Source: Trypanosoma brucei (lineage: Eukaryota). From it: 64,000 nucleotides of DNA. Under the pieces are notes generated by a model. The model ran no database searches and was not told the DNA's origin. It saw nothing but the letters and a program-made list of their open reading frames with translations. Positions 22,188-33,068 of the stretch are shown piece after piece (position 1 is the first letter of the stretch; every line of letters starts with the position of its first letter). The stretch is taken from positions 1,664,001 to 1,728,000 of the forward strand of contig CP000071.1 in NCBI GenBank assembly GCA_000002445.1, written 5' to 3'. A program made the position numbers and the translations under genes.

Positions 22188-22434
22188 GATGTGGGGCAAA
22201 ACGCCGCTGCGGCAGGCAGTGGTGAACGGATGAAACAGAACCACGGGGCTTGTAAGTTTACACGTGTAACATCCCATAACTTCTCCACTGGGGTTGCGTG
22301 TCTCACTATTCATATCTGTGTACAGTAACGTTCACGCCAACGCGTGCCACGGGTAAGCTTTCCTTCCTTTTATTTTAGTCTCCTTTATTATCAGCCATTG
22401 GATCGTGTCCGTGTGAGATTGATAACGAAATGCG

Positions 22435-23631
22435 ATGATGTACCGGTGGAGCCCCCCGTCACTCTCCAAAAAGGTGAAGGGAGATACATTTCTCTCTTCG
22501 CTGGCACAAAGGGTCGACAGTGTTGCTGCTACATCATCTTCTCGGCAGGAACCGGGAGGGACGCTGAGTAACTTGCGTTTGGGGTTGCGCGGAAGCAGTA
22601 CGATGTGCCGGAGCGCCTTTTCACTTCACTCCAACCAGAGTTTGGTGGGAAATCGTATATTTGAATGTCCAAACAAACATATTTTCTTGGATACTAATGC
22701 TTCCTATTGCCATTTGTGCCGCGAGCCGCTCGGAGTTTCTTCATTCACACATCTCTCTGACCGGGAGCATCACAATGTCCAGTTATTTCTCTTTCTATCC
22801 GCAGCATTCCCCCGCGGTACACTTCGTGACGCAACCGATCTATCAACGACTTTTGCAAAAACCACCTGGAGGGCGATTGGCAGAGGCGACAACACGGCAG
22901 GGGAATCAATCCTGTATCATCCGGATGAGGTGATGGATGACGCTGCCCGGTTCTGTCCTCGTCTTTTGGCCGCCGTGAAGGGTGGTTATGCACATACAGA
23001 ACAGGAGGCCCTACGCCGCGCCAGTCTGCAATCCATGCTTATTCTACTCAGTAGCGGGTCGATCACCTCGGACGGTGCCACTCGACGGGAACCGGCGGTA
23101 CTAGGAGTATTTCATGGTGATGTTTTACCTGAGTTGGCGCACAGCGGTGAACGACTTTTCAAGGGGGAGGTGTCACGTCTCATTGTGGAATGGTTCCCCG
23201 CGTTAAGTGCAGGAGTGGGCACACAGATAGCACACAAGTGCTGGGGCCGCTCTAATCTGGAGAGTGTTTTTGATGCCCTTCAGTTACAAACCCTAATAAA
23301 TCAGCGGTGCAACAGGGCAGCGGTGCGGGGGTCGGGGTCGGGGTGGAAAAGCACCTTGATGAAGGGACTTACAACTAAAACGGAGAAGGCAACATTTATG
23401 CGACTTCTGATGTGGGAGCTAACCACACGAAATGAAGATGTAGGTGGAGATACCAACGATGGCGTGTCTTTAAATAAAGTGGACCGCTTGCTTCTGGAGC
23501 TGACGAGGAAGCGACTTGCATTCGAGATGGTTTATCTCCAATCACTGAAGTACATGCATTTGGCGGATGCCCTTCTACAGGAGATGTCTTACCCATCCTT
23601 GGAAGATTTGGTATTAATAGGCGCAGCGTGA
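22435..23631 (+). CDS. Downstream paralogue of the U1-like zinc-finger protein, KREPB10-like, 398 aa.
   Basis: The matching zinc finger is CHLCREPLGVSSFTHLSDREH. Shared blocks include SRLIVEWFPALSAGVGTQIAHKCWGRSN versus [28 protein letters not shown], and LTRKRLAFEMVYLQSLKYMH versus [20 protein letters not shown]. Confidence 0.6.
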   Translation: MMYRWSPPSLSKKVKGDTFLSSLAQRVDSVAATSSSRQEPGGTLSNLRLGLRGSSTMCRSAFSLHSNQSLVGNRIFECPNKHIFLDTNASYCHLCREPLGVSSFTHLSDREHHNVQLFLFLSAAFPRGTLRDATDLSTTFAKTTWRAIGRGDNTAGESILYHPDEVMDDAARFCPRLLAAVKGGYAHTEQEALRRASLQSMLILLSSGSITSDGATRREPAVLGVFHGDVLPELAHSGERLFKGEVSRLIVEWFPALSAGVGTQIAHKCWGRSNLESVFDALQLQTLINQRCNRAAVRGSGSGWKSTLMKGLTTKTEKATFMRLLMWELTTRNEDVGGDTNDGVSLNKVDRLLLELTRKRLAFEMVYLQSLKYMHLADALLQEMSYPSLEDLVLIGAA

Positions 23632-24454
23632 TCCTGCTCCACGCGAAATTCTTATTGAGGGTTGTTGGTGATGTCGTGCGTATGATTGGAAAGGGGAGGT
23701 GTGAAGTGGTTTCTCACGTAGGTTGCTAAACTTTCCTTCTGATATCTACCCTTTGCTTTCACACCCCCATAGTAGCGGTCCATTGGGGAATTCGCATGTC
23801 TGGACTCTGACTAAATTAACGCAACTCCGTTCCCGCTATTTTTCCTTTTGCTACCACCATTGCTGTTATTACTATCATTATTTTTCTCCCATTCTGCATT
23901 CTTTTCTTTTTTTTTCTTTGACACAGTAACAACATCAGTTGTCACCTAAAAAAAAAAAGTGAAGAAGAGATGTAGGAATGTACATGAGAATACATCAACA
24001 AGCTTTGAGGGCGTGGTTTCAAATATGGTGAAAAGAGGTAAGCTTTGGAGGTGTGCAAAGGGGTAAGGAGTTTCTTTCGGTGCTTGCACAAGAAGTGGGA
24101 AAGAAAAACAGCAGGAAAAGTCACTTGGGTGATCATAATTTTTGTTTTTTAATCTCAAGAAATGGGGAGCGAAGGGGGAAGGCAGAAGGTGGACTTTATG
24201 GAACCTCAGTTACAGTTGATGATGGCGTTGAGCAGCAAATGAAGACGAGGAAATGATTCCACGCGTATCTACTTATTTTTATAAAGCGGAGAGGTGCCAC
24301 ATCAGCGATGCGAAGATTTATTAGTATCGGAAACTTCACACGCTGATCATTATCACCTTCATCTTTACTTAATAGTCAAGAGAAAAAACACAGTCGGAGA
24401 AAAAAATTTTTGGATGTAGGAGTTTGTTTATTTGCGTTCCTTTTTTCTTTTATG

Positions 24455-24486
24455 TATGTGTGTGTGTGTGTGTGTGTCTGTGTGTT
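24455..24486. repeat. (GT)n dinucleotide microsatellite followed by long T tracts in the 5' flank of the FHA/BRCT gene.
   Basis: gtatgtgtgtgtgtgtgtgtgtgtgtctgtgtgtttc read directly. It is followed by poly-T runs to about 24560 and an AG at about 24566. Confidence 0.9.
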
Positions 24487-24592
24487 TCTCCTTCACGAGG
24501 GGGAAAAAAAAATTCTTTTTGTATTGTTTTTTTTTCCATCATTTTTTCTGTTTTTTTTTTTTTGGGGGGTCTTCGTTAGCTCCACGAGGGTT

Positions 24593-27349
24593 ATGCACAT
24601 TATTGAAGTGAACCACGGGGCCGGTGAGTTGCATCGTTACCTTCTCCTTCCCGATGCCGCATACACTGTGGGGAGGAAGGAATGTCATATTTTGTTACCC
24701 ACAGGCGATCCATCAATTTCACGACACCACGCGAATATTCAAGTAGGCGTCATGCAATCTCGAGCACTGACTGATCCATCAGTACTCACAGCAGAGGTCA
24801 GTTTGCAAGACAATTCTAAGCATGGCACCCTTGTAAACGATGAACACGTCGGACGCGGCAACTGTAGATATATTTACACCGAAGATAGTATCAAGTTTGG
24901 GAAAAAAGTTACTGCACGTGTAGTGTCTGTCAGGATTGTGCTTGTGGAATCTTCGCAACTGCTTCATGATGAGCGTAAGGCACTGCGCAATGTGGCCCTG
25001 CTCCTGGGAGCTCTAATTGTGCAGGAACCCGCTCCGCTGCTGCTTGATTTCTTCGACATGCGCCTTTGCTGTACTGCGTTCCTGTACATTACACACAATG
25101 GTTACACTGTGACTCCAGAAACCCTTCTTGCACAACAACGAGGGTATCATATCACGACGGTGAAATATCTTCAGTCTTTGGAAAATGCGTTGTCGGAGGA
25201 CTGTGCGAGGGGAATGGAGGAGTTACCGCAACCCACAGCTGCACAACCCGGTGACACCAGTTTTCAAGTAACGGAGTATATGCGACCTGCTAAGGTATTC
25301 TACGATATACACGAGTTTCTCCTTTCGAAACCACTCCCCAATAAACTACTACGAAGTTACACCTTTGTGTTTCCGGACGTAGAAATCATGGAAAAATATG
25401 AGGTGCTATTAAAACACTGTGGCGCGGTGGTGGCGCACCAACCGGGGGAGTGCCCTTCAGAGTGGCAGTCACTTGACCCAGACAGTACTTCAGTCATAGT
25501 TGCTGGTGATGATATGTTTTTCAAGGTAAAGCGGGTGGCACTAACGAAACCAGAAAGAAATGGAACTCCCGAGTCTGAGGAAACTAACGGTGGAAACCGC
25601 CGCGCCTCAGCACTGGGCGAGGACCCAAAAACATCGGTGTATGTTTCCCTTTATGAAAATGGATTCGTTATTATACCAGAAAAAAACATCATGCGGGCGG
25701 CCTTCACAGGAAATCCGCTGGAGATCAACGGTAGGCCCTCTGCACCTTACCTCGCGCGTTCGGAAAGGGACACATTCCGTTCCCCTTCACCTATGGTGCG
25801 CGCCCCATCTCACGGCAGAACGAGCAATAATCATGTAGGAACTCTTCCATGTCGAGGAGCGTCCGCCGACCCGGTGGTAATGGCAGCGGAAGGAGATGAA
25901 AAGCCTCCACGCTTTACAGTGTCACCTCCGCCTCGAAGGGCCTCATCAGTGAGTGACGGGGCAGCTAAGAGTACCGGAGTCCGGGTGCTGCAGGAGTTGG
26001 AGGGAAATATTCTCAGGGTAGTTGACGTTAATAGACTCGGGGGAGAAGGGGAGAATGATGGAAATGCGTGTTTGTCCAAAAGTACAAGTAGTTTCGGTGG
26101 TGGTGGTGGTGGTACCTCAGAGGTCACCCCAACATCAAGGAAAAAGCACAAGCGTAAACCGTCTGCGAGCCGCGCGTCGGAGGAGGGGTCGCAGGTTAGA
26201 GCAGCCAGTGTTGACAGTAGTAGTGCGAGGTCGCAAGGGCAATACCGAGATAAATCTCCAGAGGGATTGTGCCCATCTTGGGAAAAACAAGGGGCCGTTG
26301 TTGTTCATACCGCGGAACAACTTTGGAAGACTGAGGGGGGTAGAATTTCCTCTTCGCGCGCGCGGATGTCGGCGTACAAAATGTCAAGACAATCCTCTTT
26401 TCTTACATCTGCTACCCCTTCTTCTGTGGGAGCCAAACCGCATGTCTCCACCGAAAAGCATGGCAGTGAGGACGGACAGCCATCGCAACCCCGATCCACG
26501 CCTTCGAGATCGATGAGAAGTGTGAGCCCACTGACAAAACGATCTGTAGTTGGACAGTCAGCTTCACGCAGGTTGGCACCAAGGCAAGCCTTAACCAAAC
26601 TATTCCCATGTGACGAGTTAGGGAGTCACAGCACATTGGGGGGCACGAGCATTTTTGATGTCACCTTCTGTCACACAGCACGCTGTGAGTCGTCTGGTAG
26701 ACATGCGAAGCGACAACTTCTTACCCACTGGCATAGAACTGTGGCAAAGGACAAGGTACGGGAAACGAAAAGCGCGCGCCTACCAGCCTCCCCACTCCGC
26801 AGCTTCTCCCCACTATTCCAGCGGTACAACAGCGGTACGGGAAGCAGTAGGCGTGGTGCTGGAAGCAGGGGAAGTAGTGCTCAGAAGGCAGACGGTGGCC
26901 GTGGAGAGCGCTACGCAGGATTGTTTTCGTCTAGTGTATCGTCAAGTAATGGAGCAAGCGCTGCGCTCCTTGCTCAACAGCAGGATGTCACCATCCGAAA
27001 ACGTTGCGAGGAGTTCTTGCGAAAGGTCCTCACGCCTTTAAATACCGAGGTGGATACAATCTGCAAGTTGATAATGAAACAGGGATACCTGGACGCAGAG
27101 AGCAAGAAAAAGTTGGAGATTGGCACCGAGTCACTCATCAAGTTTCTTACTTACATCCAGCGCGTGGAAACAAGCATACCACCGGCTCAAAGCACAGAGA
27201 GTACGCGGACTGTTACGAATCAAGTGCGACAGAAGTCACTCCTTCTTCGTCGACGAATTAAAGGAGCATACGAATCTGTGAAAGCAGAGATTCCCCCGTG
27301 GATGAACCAGCTACGTGAGGTACTTAGTGTCCGACCATTGGTCGTCTAA
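24593..27349 (+). CDS. FHA domain plus BRCT-like domain protein, NBS1/nibrin-like, about 918 aa from the first ATG.
   Basis: An N-terminal FHA domain: YTVGRKECHILLPTGDPSISRHHANIQVG...LQDNSKHGTLVNDEHV, with the canonical GR...SR.HA...D.SKHGT.VN pattern. It is followed by a BRCT-like segment YTFVFPDVEIMEKYEVLLKHCGAVVAHQP...VIVAGDDMF. The remainder is a long S/R/G-rich low-complexity region with a helical C-terminal tail. The ORF-track start at 24410 runs through a (GT)n/poly-T UTR, and the real ATG is at 24593. Confidence 0.65.
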   Translation: MHIIEVNHGAGELHRYLLLPDAAYTVGRKECHILLPTGDPSISRHHANIQVGVMQSRALTDPSVLTAEVSLQDNSKHGTLVNDEHVGRGNCRYIYTEDSIKFGKKVTARVVSVRIVLVESSQLLHDERKALRNVALLLGALIVQEPAPLLLDFFDMRLCCTAFLYITHNGYTVTPETLLAQQRGYHITTVKYLQSLENALSEDCARGMEELPQPTAAQPGDTSFQVTEYMRPAKVFYDIHEFLLSKPLPNKLLRSYTFVFPDVEIMEKYEVLLKHCGAVVAHQPGECPSEWQSLDPDSTSVIVAGDDMFFKVKRVALTKPERNGTPESEETNGGNRRASALGEDPKTSVYVSLYENGFVIIPEKNIMRAAFTGNPLEINGRPSAPYLARSERDTFRSPSPMVRAPSHGRTSNNHVGTLPCRGASADPVVMAAEGDEKPPRFTVSPPPRRASSVSDGAAKSTGVRVLQELEGNILRVVDVNRLGGEGENDGNACLSKSTSSFGGGGGGTSEVTPTSRKKHKRKPSASRASEEGSQVRAASVDSSSARSQGQYRDKSPEGLCPSWEKQGAVVVHTAEQLWKTEGGRISSSRARMSAYKMSRQSSFLTSATPSSVGAKPHVSTEKHGSEDGQPSQPRSTPSRSMRSVSPLTKRSVVGQSASRRLAPRQALTKLFPCDELGSHSTLGGTSIFDVTFCHTARCESSGRHAKRQLLTHWHRTVAKDKVRETKSARLPASPLRSFSPLFQRYNSGTGSSRRGAGSRGSSAQKADGGRGERYAGLFSSSVSSSNGASAALLAQQQDVTIRKRCEEFLRKVLTPLNTEVDTICKLIMKQGYLDAESKKKLEIGTESLIKFLTYIQRVETSIPPAQSTESTRTVTNQVRQKSLLLRRRIKGAYESVKAEIPPWMNQLREVLSVRPLVV

Positions 27350-27568
27350 TACCCAACTACCGGATGTTATACACTAGCAAAGTGTGAAACAAAAGGAAAG
27401 TGGCGGCGGTGGGCGAATCACGATACGCCCGTCGTGGATTTATAAGAAGGTTTTAGTATGCATTCGTGCCGCGTTTTTTTATTTTTGCATTCCTCCCTTT
27501 CATATACGCGTGGCAATGACTTACACGAGGGGAGGAGGGGGGTGAACATGCTGGAGCCCCTCATGTTT

Positions 27569-27593
27569 CTGTGTGTGTGTGGGTGGGTGTTTT
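27569..27593. repeat. (GT)n/(GGGT)n microsatellite.
   Basis: ctgtgtgtgtgtgggtgggtgtttt read directly. Confidence 0.85.
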
Positions 27594-27793
27594 AACGGCT
27601 CTGTTGTTGTCTATTGTTCTTATGATCCTCAATAACGCTGCCAGTCCATGAACGTGCGGTCGCAGTGTTCTTTATTTAGAGGGAGGGGAAGAGAAAAGGT
27701 GTGGCTTTGCACGGCGTGAAGAAGCCGACCGGCATGCGGATGAGAAAAATAGAGAGTGTGAAGAAGGGAACCTTAAAAACTTTCGGGAGCACT

Positions 27794-27812
27794 GTGTGTG
27801 TGTGTGTGTGTT
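27794..27812. repeat. (GT)n microsatellite.
   Basis: tgtgtgtgtgtgtgtgtgtt read directly. Confidence 0.85.
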
Positions 27813-28802
27813 GGGTTACTCAGCGTTGTTTTACCATTGTTAGTGCATACATGTGCCAATGAAATACTGATTTTGTGGTGCTGTTTTCTTTTATTTTATT
27901 TTCATAATTAACAGGTTGAGTTTGTGCCTTTACCGTTAGGGTCCAGGGTTGGGAAAGAGGAGAAAAAACAGGGGGGGAGCAGCGTGGGCGCAAGAGAGTG
28001 GAGTGCAGTAACGCATGCAAGCAGTGACTTCATTCCTCCATCCTATTTATATTGCTCTCGCTCGCATTATTTATCATCGTTTTGTTTGTTAAAACTTCCC
28101 CCCCCCGTTCTCCGCGTTTTTTTCTTTCCAGGGTATGTCTGTTGCATTTATGCATATACTCTTTAACCCCCTCACCTTCTTTTCTGCTGATCGGGATGTT
28201 ATGCGGAACCGCATTCCTCAGGCCCAGCACTATTACATCGATTCTTTTTGTTTTTTTTTTAGGTGAGAAGAGCAAAAGCTGGTGTGTTTTCAAATGTTTT
28301 CTCATTACATCGCTTTGTGCCCCATTCCTTTCCTCGTCGATGCTTTTTTTACCTGTCGGGGTGTTACACCACATACATTCACTGTTCACTACCACCTGGG
28401 GGGAATGGGAGAGATGGTGCAGAGCATTCTGCGATTTAAAAAATATATATTATTATTATTATTTAAGGATGTATATGTATGCTTGTTTATTTACTTGTGT
28501 CGTGACACCTAAATGCAAACCCCGTATATGCGTTTCTCCTACCTCCCGGAGGACAGGTGGGGGAAATTACACGACATGCAAAAACCTCACGAGGGTGTCA
28601 TTTTGTTGTTAGTGTTCTTCGTGTTTTACTTCTCTTCTCTCGGCCATGCGTGCCCTCCTCCACTCTTTATGCACGTTTAAAGCGGAAATATATATATATA
28701 TATTCTTTGTTCCACCCTCCCCATCACGCAGTTCGGCATCTAGCACATAATATTTTTCTAGTGCGTATGAGTGTGGCCACGTGCTTACGTGTGTATGTTT
28801 TC

Positions 28803-28823
28803 TTTTTTTTTGGGGGGGGGGGG
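28803..28823. repeat. T9-G12 homopolymer junction, one of several 10-13 nt G or C runs in the intergenic DNA.
   Basis: tttttttttggggggggggggct read directly. Other runs: C10 at about 818-827; C11 at 13202-13212; G10 at 18387-18396; G10 at 28891-28900; T13+G10 at 37319-37345; G11 at 37558-37568; C10 at 39708-39717; C13 at 42827-42839. Confidence 0.8.
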
Positions 28824-29470
28824 CTGCGTGAGTGGAATTCTGTTGTCGTTGTTGCGTTACTCCAAAAGGAGGGAATGAAGGAGAGAAGGAGGGGGGGGGG
28901 CATATCTCTTGTGCACACCGGGAAGTAGCTGTCACATCCTCTTACTACTGAAATCCCATCGAAAGCGAGGTGATAAGGGACGCACCCCCGTCTGTGTTAA
29001 AGGAGATTCGGTCAATGGATCAAAAGGCGGAAGAACAGGAAGAGGAATATGTAGAGACAAAAAGAGAAGTGGAGAGAATGGGAAAAAAAAGGGATGGAAA
29101 AGAAAATATAGGGGTTTATATGAGGGTTGTGTGGACTCGGCACCATAAACTGCGAAAAAGTGAGAAATGAAAACAACCAGTGGATCATATCTAAGGTGGA
29201 GGGAGTGAAGAAGTAAAAGGTTGGAAAAGCCGCAAACCAGGAAGCGGAAGGAGGAAACGAGGGAGATTCTTTTTTCACGAAGAGAGGGGGTAAATTGATG
29301 ATCCCCTTGACTTCCCCCTAATCCTTCTTCTTATTGCTGGTGGTGCTGCTTCCACCTTACCCTTCTGTGCCTGGAAAGCGATAGTGTAAAAACTAGCTTA
29401 TACTTCTGCAATATCACTGAGGGAGTGTTTACTCTTGTTAGAAACAAACGAAGCTTATTTACTCTTTTTC

Positions 29471-29547
29471 CATTCTTTCTTCCACTTGCGTCTTTTTTTC
29501 TTTCGTGTTTCCCCCTTCCTTGGTGTTGTTTTGTCCCCAACGCCCAG
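29471..29547 (+). promoter_or_regulatory. Long polypyrimidine tract plus AG, a candidate trans-splice acceptor upstream of TRM5.
   Basis: ctctttttccattctttcttccacttgcgtctttttttctttcgtgtttcccccttccttggtgttgttttgtccccaacgcccAG. The ATG at 29582 is 35 nt downstream. Confidence 0.5.
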
Positions 29548-29581
29548 CTACGGGCATTTCGTACGTTGTTGAAGCTGTGCC

Positions 29582-31138
29582 ATGGAAGAGGCAGCAACCA
29601 TTGGTCAAGATACCGGGAACAGTACTGTCAGTGAGCCAATGGAATGTCCACGGTTGCTGCAGTCCATTGAGGTTGCGTCACTGCTGGTGCGCCCAATTCA
29701 TATAGTGGGTGATGTGTTGAAGGTCCTACGGGGCTGCTTGTTTAGCATGCGCGGGGTAAAAAATGTAGTGAATGGAGCTGCGGCAGACACGGCGGCTGGT
29801 GATGCGCAGGCGTGCAGAAAATTCCTTCTTGACCCAACTTTCCTTTCGCCCATCAGTATCCCCCAGCTTTCATCATCGTGCACTCTTGTATGGATGAGGG
29901 CAGATGATGTGTCGCTTCCCGCGGTTCTGCGTGACAAGTTAGTGCTCGTATCACAGGGTGCAGAGTCCCGAGCCGAACCTCTTCAAGTTGCACTTACCAC
30001 ACACACCGTGGATGTGACCTCTAAGAACTTCACCATGCCCGAATTGTTGCAAATGCTGCTTCCTCCAGGCATTACGGCATTAAGTGGATTCGAACAAATT
30101 GGGCACATCGCCCATGTGAACCTATCGGCTGAGCATCTGCCGTACAAAATGGCAATTGGTGCTGTTATCCTCAGCTGCAATCCAACGGTAAGTGTTGTCG
30201 TGAATAAGGTTAACTCAATATCCAGTGTGTTCCGCGAGTTCAAGATGGAAATCGTAGCCCATCGCCACTGCGGTGGGAACAGTAAAGGTAACAGTAGCAC
30301 TCACCGAGGCGGAGGGGGAAGCGTCGGCGTAGCAGGGAGCGGCGACCACAATCCAAGGACTAACGCTGAGGAAGAGGAAGCTCAACAACAACAACAACAA
30401 CTGCTTCTAGCTACTGTCCGGCAACACGGCTGCACCTTTCGTGTTCCATATGATCGCGTGTACTGGAATTCACGTCTGAGCCACGAGCACACACGCATTG
30501 TAGAACTCATGCAAAGGGGTGATGTTCTCTATGACGTTATGGCGGGTGTTGGTCCCTTTGCTGTTCCTGCCGCATCCGCCGGCGTCACTGTTTACGCAAA
30601 TGATCTCAACCCTGTAGCGGCCGAGTACCTGCGCATTAACGCGGATATAAATCACATACGAAAGGACTCCTTTCATATTTTCAACATAGATGGGCGTGAG
30701 TTCATGAACACAATCCTTTACAACGATGTCATAGCCAACAGCTCTCGGTGCGGCAGACGGCACGTAACAATGAATTTGCCCGCCATAGCTGTGGAATTTC
30801 TTGACGTCTTCGCTAAGAGGCCATGGATTCCGGAACCTGGAATGAAGGTGCGGGAGTCAAAGGAGAACCCCGACAAACGGGTGCTCTTTCATGTTTACTG
30901 TTTCTCAAAGAATGTGGAGGATTTCACCGGTGACGCAGTAAGACAGGTGACACGTTGGCTTTCTTTCGAGCTGAGAAAAGAGAATCTGGAGTTGGTTCAT
31001 GTGGTGCGGGACGTGGCACCCAAGAAGCGCATGGTGTGTGTGAGCTTCACTCTTCCTGATGCTTTCTGGCGCTGTCGATATGACAATATGGGGACGGAAA
31101 AGCAGATGCAGACTCTGAAGCGAGCGCGCGAGGGCTGA
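29582..31138 (+). CDS. TRM5: tRNA (guanine37-N1)-methyltransferase TRM5.
   Basis: Near end-to-end alignment with Trm5/TRMT5: [76 protein letters not shown] and [16 protein letters not shown]. There is a low-complexity G/S/Q insertion including (CAA)6 at about 30386-30403. Confidence 0.93.
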   Translation: MEEAATIGQDTGNSTVSEPMECPRLLQSIEVASLLVRPIHIVGDVLKVLRGCLFSMRGVKNVVNGAAADTAAGDAQACRKFLLDPTFLSPISIPQLSSSCTLVWMRADDVSLPAVLRDKLVLVSQGAESRAEPLQVALTTHTVDVTSKNFTMPELLQMLLPPGITALSGFEQIGHIAHVNLSAEHLPYKMAIGAVILSCNPTVSVVVNKVNSISSVFREFKMEIVAHRHCGGNSKGNSSTHRGGGGSVGVAGSGDHNPRTNAEEEEAQQQQQQLLLATVRQHGCTFRVPYDRVYWNSRLSHEHTRIVELMQRGDVLYDVMAGVGPFAVPAASAGVTVYANDLNPVAAEYLRINADINHIRKDSFHIFNIDGREFMNTILYNDVIANSSRCGRRHVTMNLPAIAVEFLDVFAKRPWIPEPGMKVRESKENPDKRVLFHVYCFSKNVEDFTGDAVRQVTRWLSFELRKENLELVHVVRDVAPKKRMVCVSFTLPDAFWRCRYDNMGTEKQMQTLKRAREG

Positions 31139-31646
31139 GTTGAGTTGAGCTCCATCAACGGGACGTAATTCCGGGATGGTGCCTTCGTTGCGTTAGGTGT
31201 CTGATTTGTAGTCGTGGGCGGCATGTTAGCACCACAGGAGGTAAAGAGCTGATTTACCTTTGTGAGTAGCTGTAACCGCAGCGGGAGAACCCCTTTGATT
31301 GGGTAGTCAACGATAAACAACATTGTTTTCCCGTTTTGTGTAAGCAAATGAAAGGGTGTGTGCTTCTTTACGTGCGGCGTCATGAGAAATGATTGCTATT
31401 CGTATTCGGTTGCACAGAATGATATGTTGTGTTGAACCTTTGTGTCTCTGTTTTTGATCTTGATTTATATTGCTACGTTCCTTCTTCTTCCCTTCCCAAC
31501 ACTTCTGTGCCGCCGGTGACCGCATAAGTCTCTAATAGTCGGCCCCCAGCGACGTACCTCTCCTCCTCTTCCCGCAACTGTACATCGGGACAGGGGTGAA
31601 AGTAAATACACATCAAACCTGTGCCCAACGAAGGCTCGTGGAAAGC

Positions 31647-33068
31647 ATGAGCGACGAGGGGTTTGAAGATCTCTTTATATTGGACACCGACCCGGAGGAG
31701 TTGTACGAAGAGTTGGGCCCCATTGGTGTAGGGAACTATGGATCTGTTATAAAGGCACGGAACCGTCATACGCAGGAAATCACTGCCATCAAGCTCGTGT
31801 TGTTGGTTGACAAAGATGAGCGGGACTTCGTGCAGCGGGAGATTAGCATATTAAAGCATTGTAGGCACCCGAACATTGTGCACTACTATGGTGCTCACAA
31901 GTCTCTTAGTAAGTTATGGATTGTAATGGAGTACTGTGAAGGTGGATCCATTGATATGGTTTATAAGGTGTTGCGGCACCCCTTGCCAGAGCCACTGATT
32001 GCCTATGTTTGCCGTCAAGTGTTGCTTGGGCTGCAATACCTCCACGCAAATCGAAAGATACACCGAGACATCAAGGGTGGTAACATTTTGCTGACGCGTG
32101 ATGGTGGAGTGAAACTCGCTGATTTTGGTGTAAGCACGGAGTTGTCCCACTCCCTCTCGCGTCGTAACACATTTGTGGGCACGTTATTGTGGATGGCGCC
32201 GGAGGCCATTTTGGAGCTCGATTATGACGAGAAAGCTGATCTGTGGAGTTTAGGTATTACATTGATTGAAATGGCGGAGGGCGCACCACCGTATATTGAC
32301 ACTCACCCAGCGCGTGCCTTGTTTATGATTCCGAAGATGGATCCACCCTCGCTCCAGGACAAGGAACGGTGGTCGCCACAAATGACACTTTTTCTCAAAA
32401 GGTTACTGACAAAGGATCACAACGCTCGCCCGACAGCCACGACAATGCTTAACGACCCCTTTGTACTACCGGAGAATATTGGTACGCAGGAGCAGCTTAA
32501 AGCCGTTATAGATGAGGTGCTTGCTAAGAAAGCTTCAATAGACCCGCAACGTATGCGCGACTACACGGATTCGAGCGCAACATTCGTGGAAAGGACGTCT
32601 TCCGATGGTGGAGGTGGGGATGATCACAGCACGGACAGCAGGGATGAGGTTCAGCCGCACTTAACAGCAAAGGGCCTCACCAACGCTCCCGCGAATTCGA
32701 TAGAGGCGTTGGACGGGGCCGGAACTCACCTCTTCTTCCAGGATGGTACACTCCTACCACTGCCTATGCTCTACACACAGGACATAAGTTTCGATGAACT
32801 TTGTGTTGGTGAGGAGCTCAATGGGCCATTTTCATTACCAGTGCCTAGTGTGGAGTCGTTGTTGGTTCCCCCTGAACAGCAGTCAACGGCTTGTCACGGC
32901 GGCGAGGCGCTGGCGCACACCATGCACGTAACGGCGAAGCTGAAGGAGATGCTGTATTACCACAAGCAGCTTCCTTACTGTCGCGGTCTCACAGACGCGG
33001 AGGCAGCGAAGTCCAGGGAAATGCAGCTAAAGTATGGGTCTGTGTTGAAGAGTGTCTACCGCCTGTAG
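31647..33068 (+). CDS. STE20-family serine/threonine protein kinase, MST/Hippo-like.
   Basis: MSDEGFEDLF..DPEELYEELGPIGVGNYGSVIKARN, HRDIKGGNILLTRDGGVKLADFGVS, GTLLWMAPE and DLWSLGITLIEMAEGAPPY are collinear with MST1/2 kinase domains. The ORF-track ORF begins at 31596. The first ATG consistent with the MST N-terminus is at 31647. Confidence 0.9.
   Translation: MSDEGFEDLFILDTDPEELYEELGPIGVGNYGSVIKARNRHTQEITAIKLVLLVDKDERDFVQREISILKHCRHPNIVHYYGAHKSLSKLWIVMEYCEGGSIDMVYKVLRHPLPEPLIAYVCRQVLLGLQYLHANRKIHRDIKGGNILLTRDGGVKLADFGVSTELSHSLSRRNTFVGTLLWMAPEAILELDYDEKADLWSLGITLIEMAEGAPPYIDTHPARALFMIPKMDPPSLQDKERWSPQMTLFLKRLLTKDHNARPTATTMLNDPFVLPENIGTQEQLKAVIDEVLAKKASIDPQRMRDYTDSSATFVERTSSDGGGGDDHSTDSRDEVQPHLTAKGLTNAPANSIEALDGAGTHLFFQDGTLLPLPMLYTQDISFDELCVGEELNGPFSLPVPSVESLLVPPEQQSTACHGGEALAHTMHVTAKLKEMLYYHKQLPYCRGLTDAEAAKSREMQLKYGSVLKSVYRL

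Noticed and set aside
24410-24592. The N-terminal 61 codons of the ORF-track ORF for the FHA gene.
   Set aside because: They translate a (GT)n microsatellite and poly-T tracts (CVCVCVCV, FFFFWG). This is polypyrimidine UTR, and the real start is the ATG at 24593.
28052-28612. 186-aa + strand ORF in the 27350-29581 spacer.
   Set aside because: Its translation is F/L/C/S-rich low complexity, derived from T-rich and homopolymer DNA (TTTTTTTTGGGGG, ATTATTATT). This is consistent with UTR, not coding sequence.
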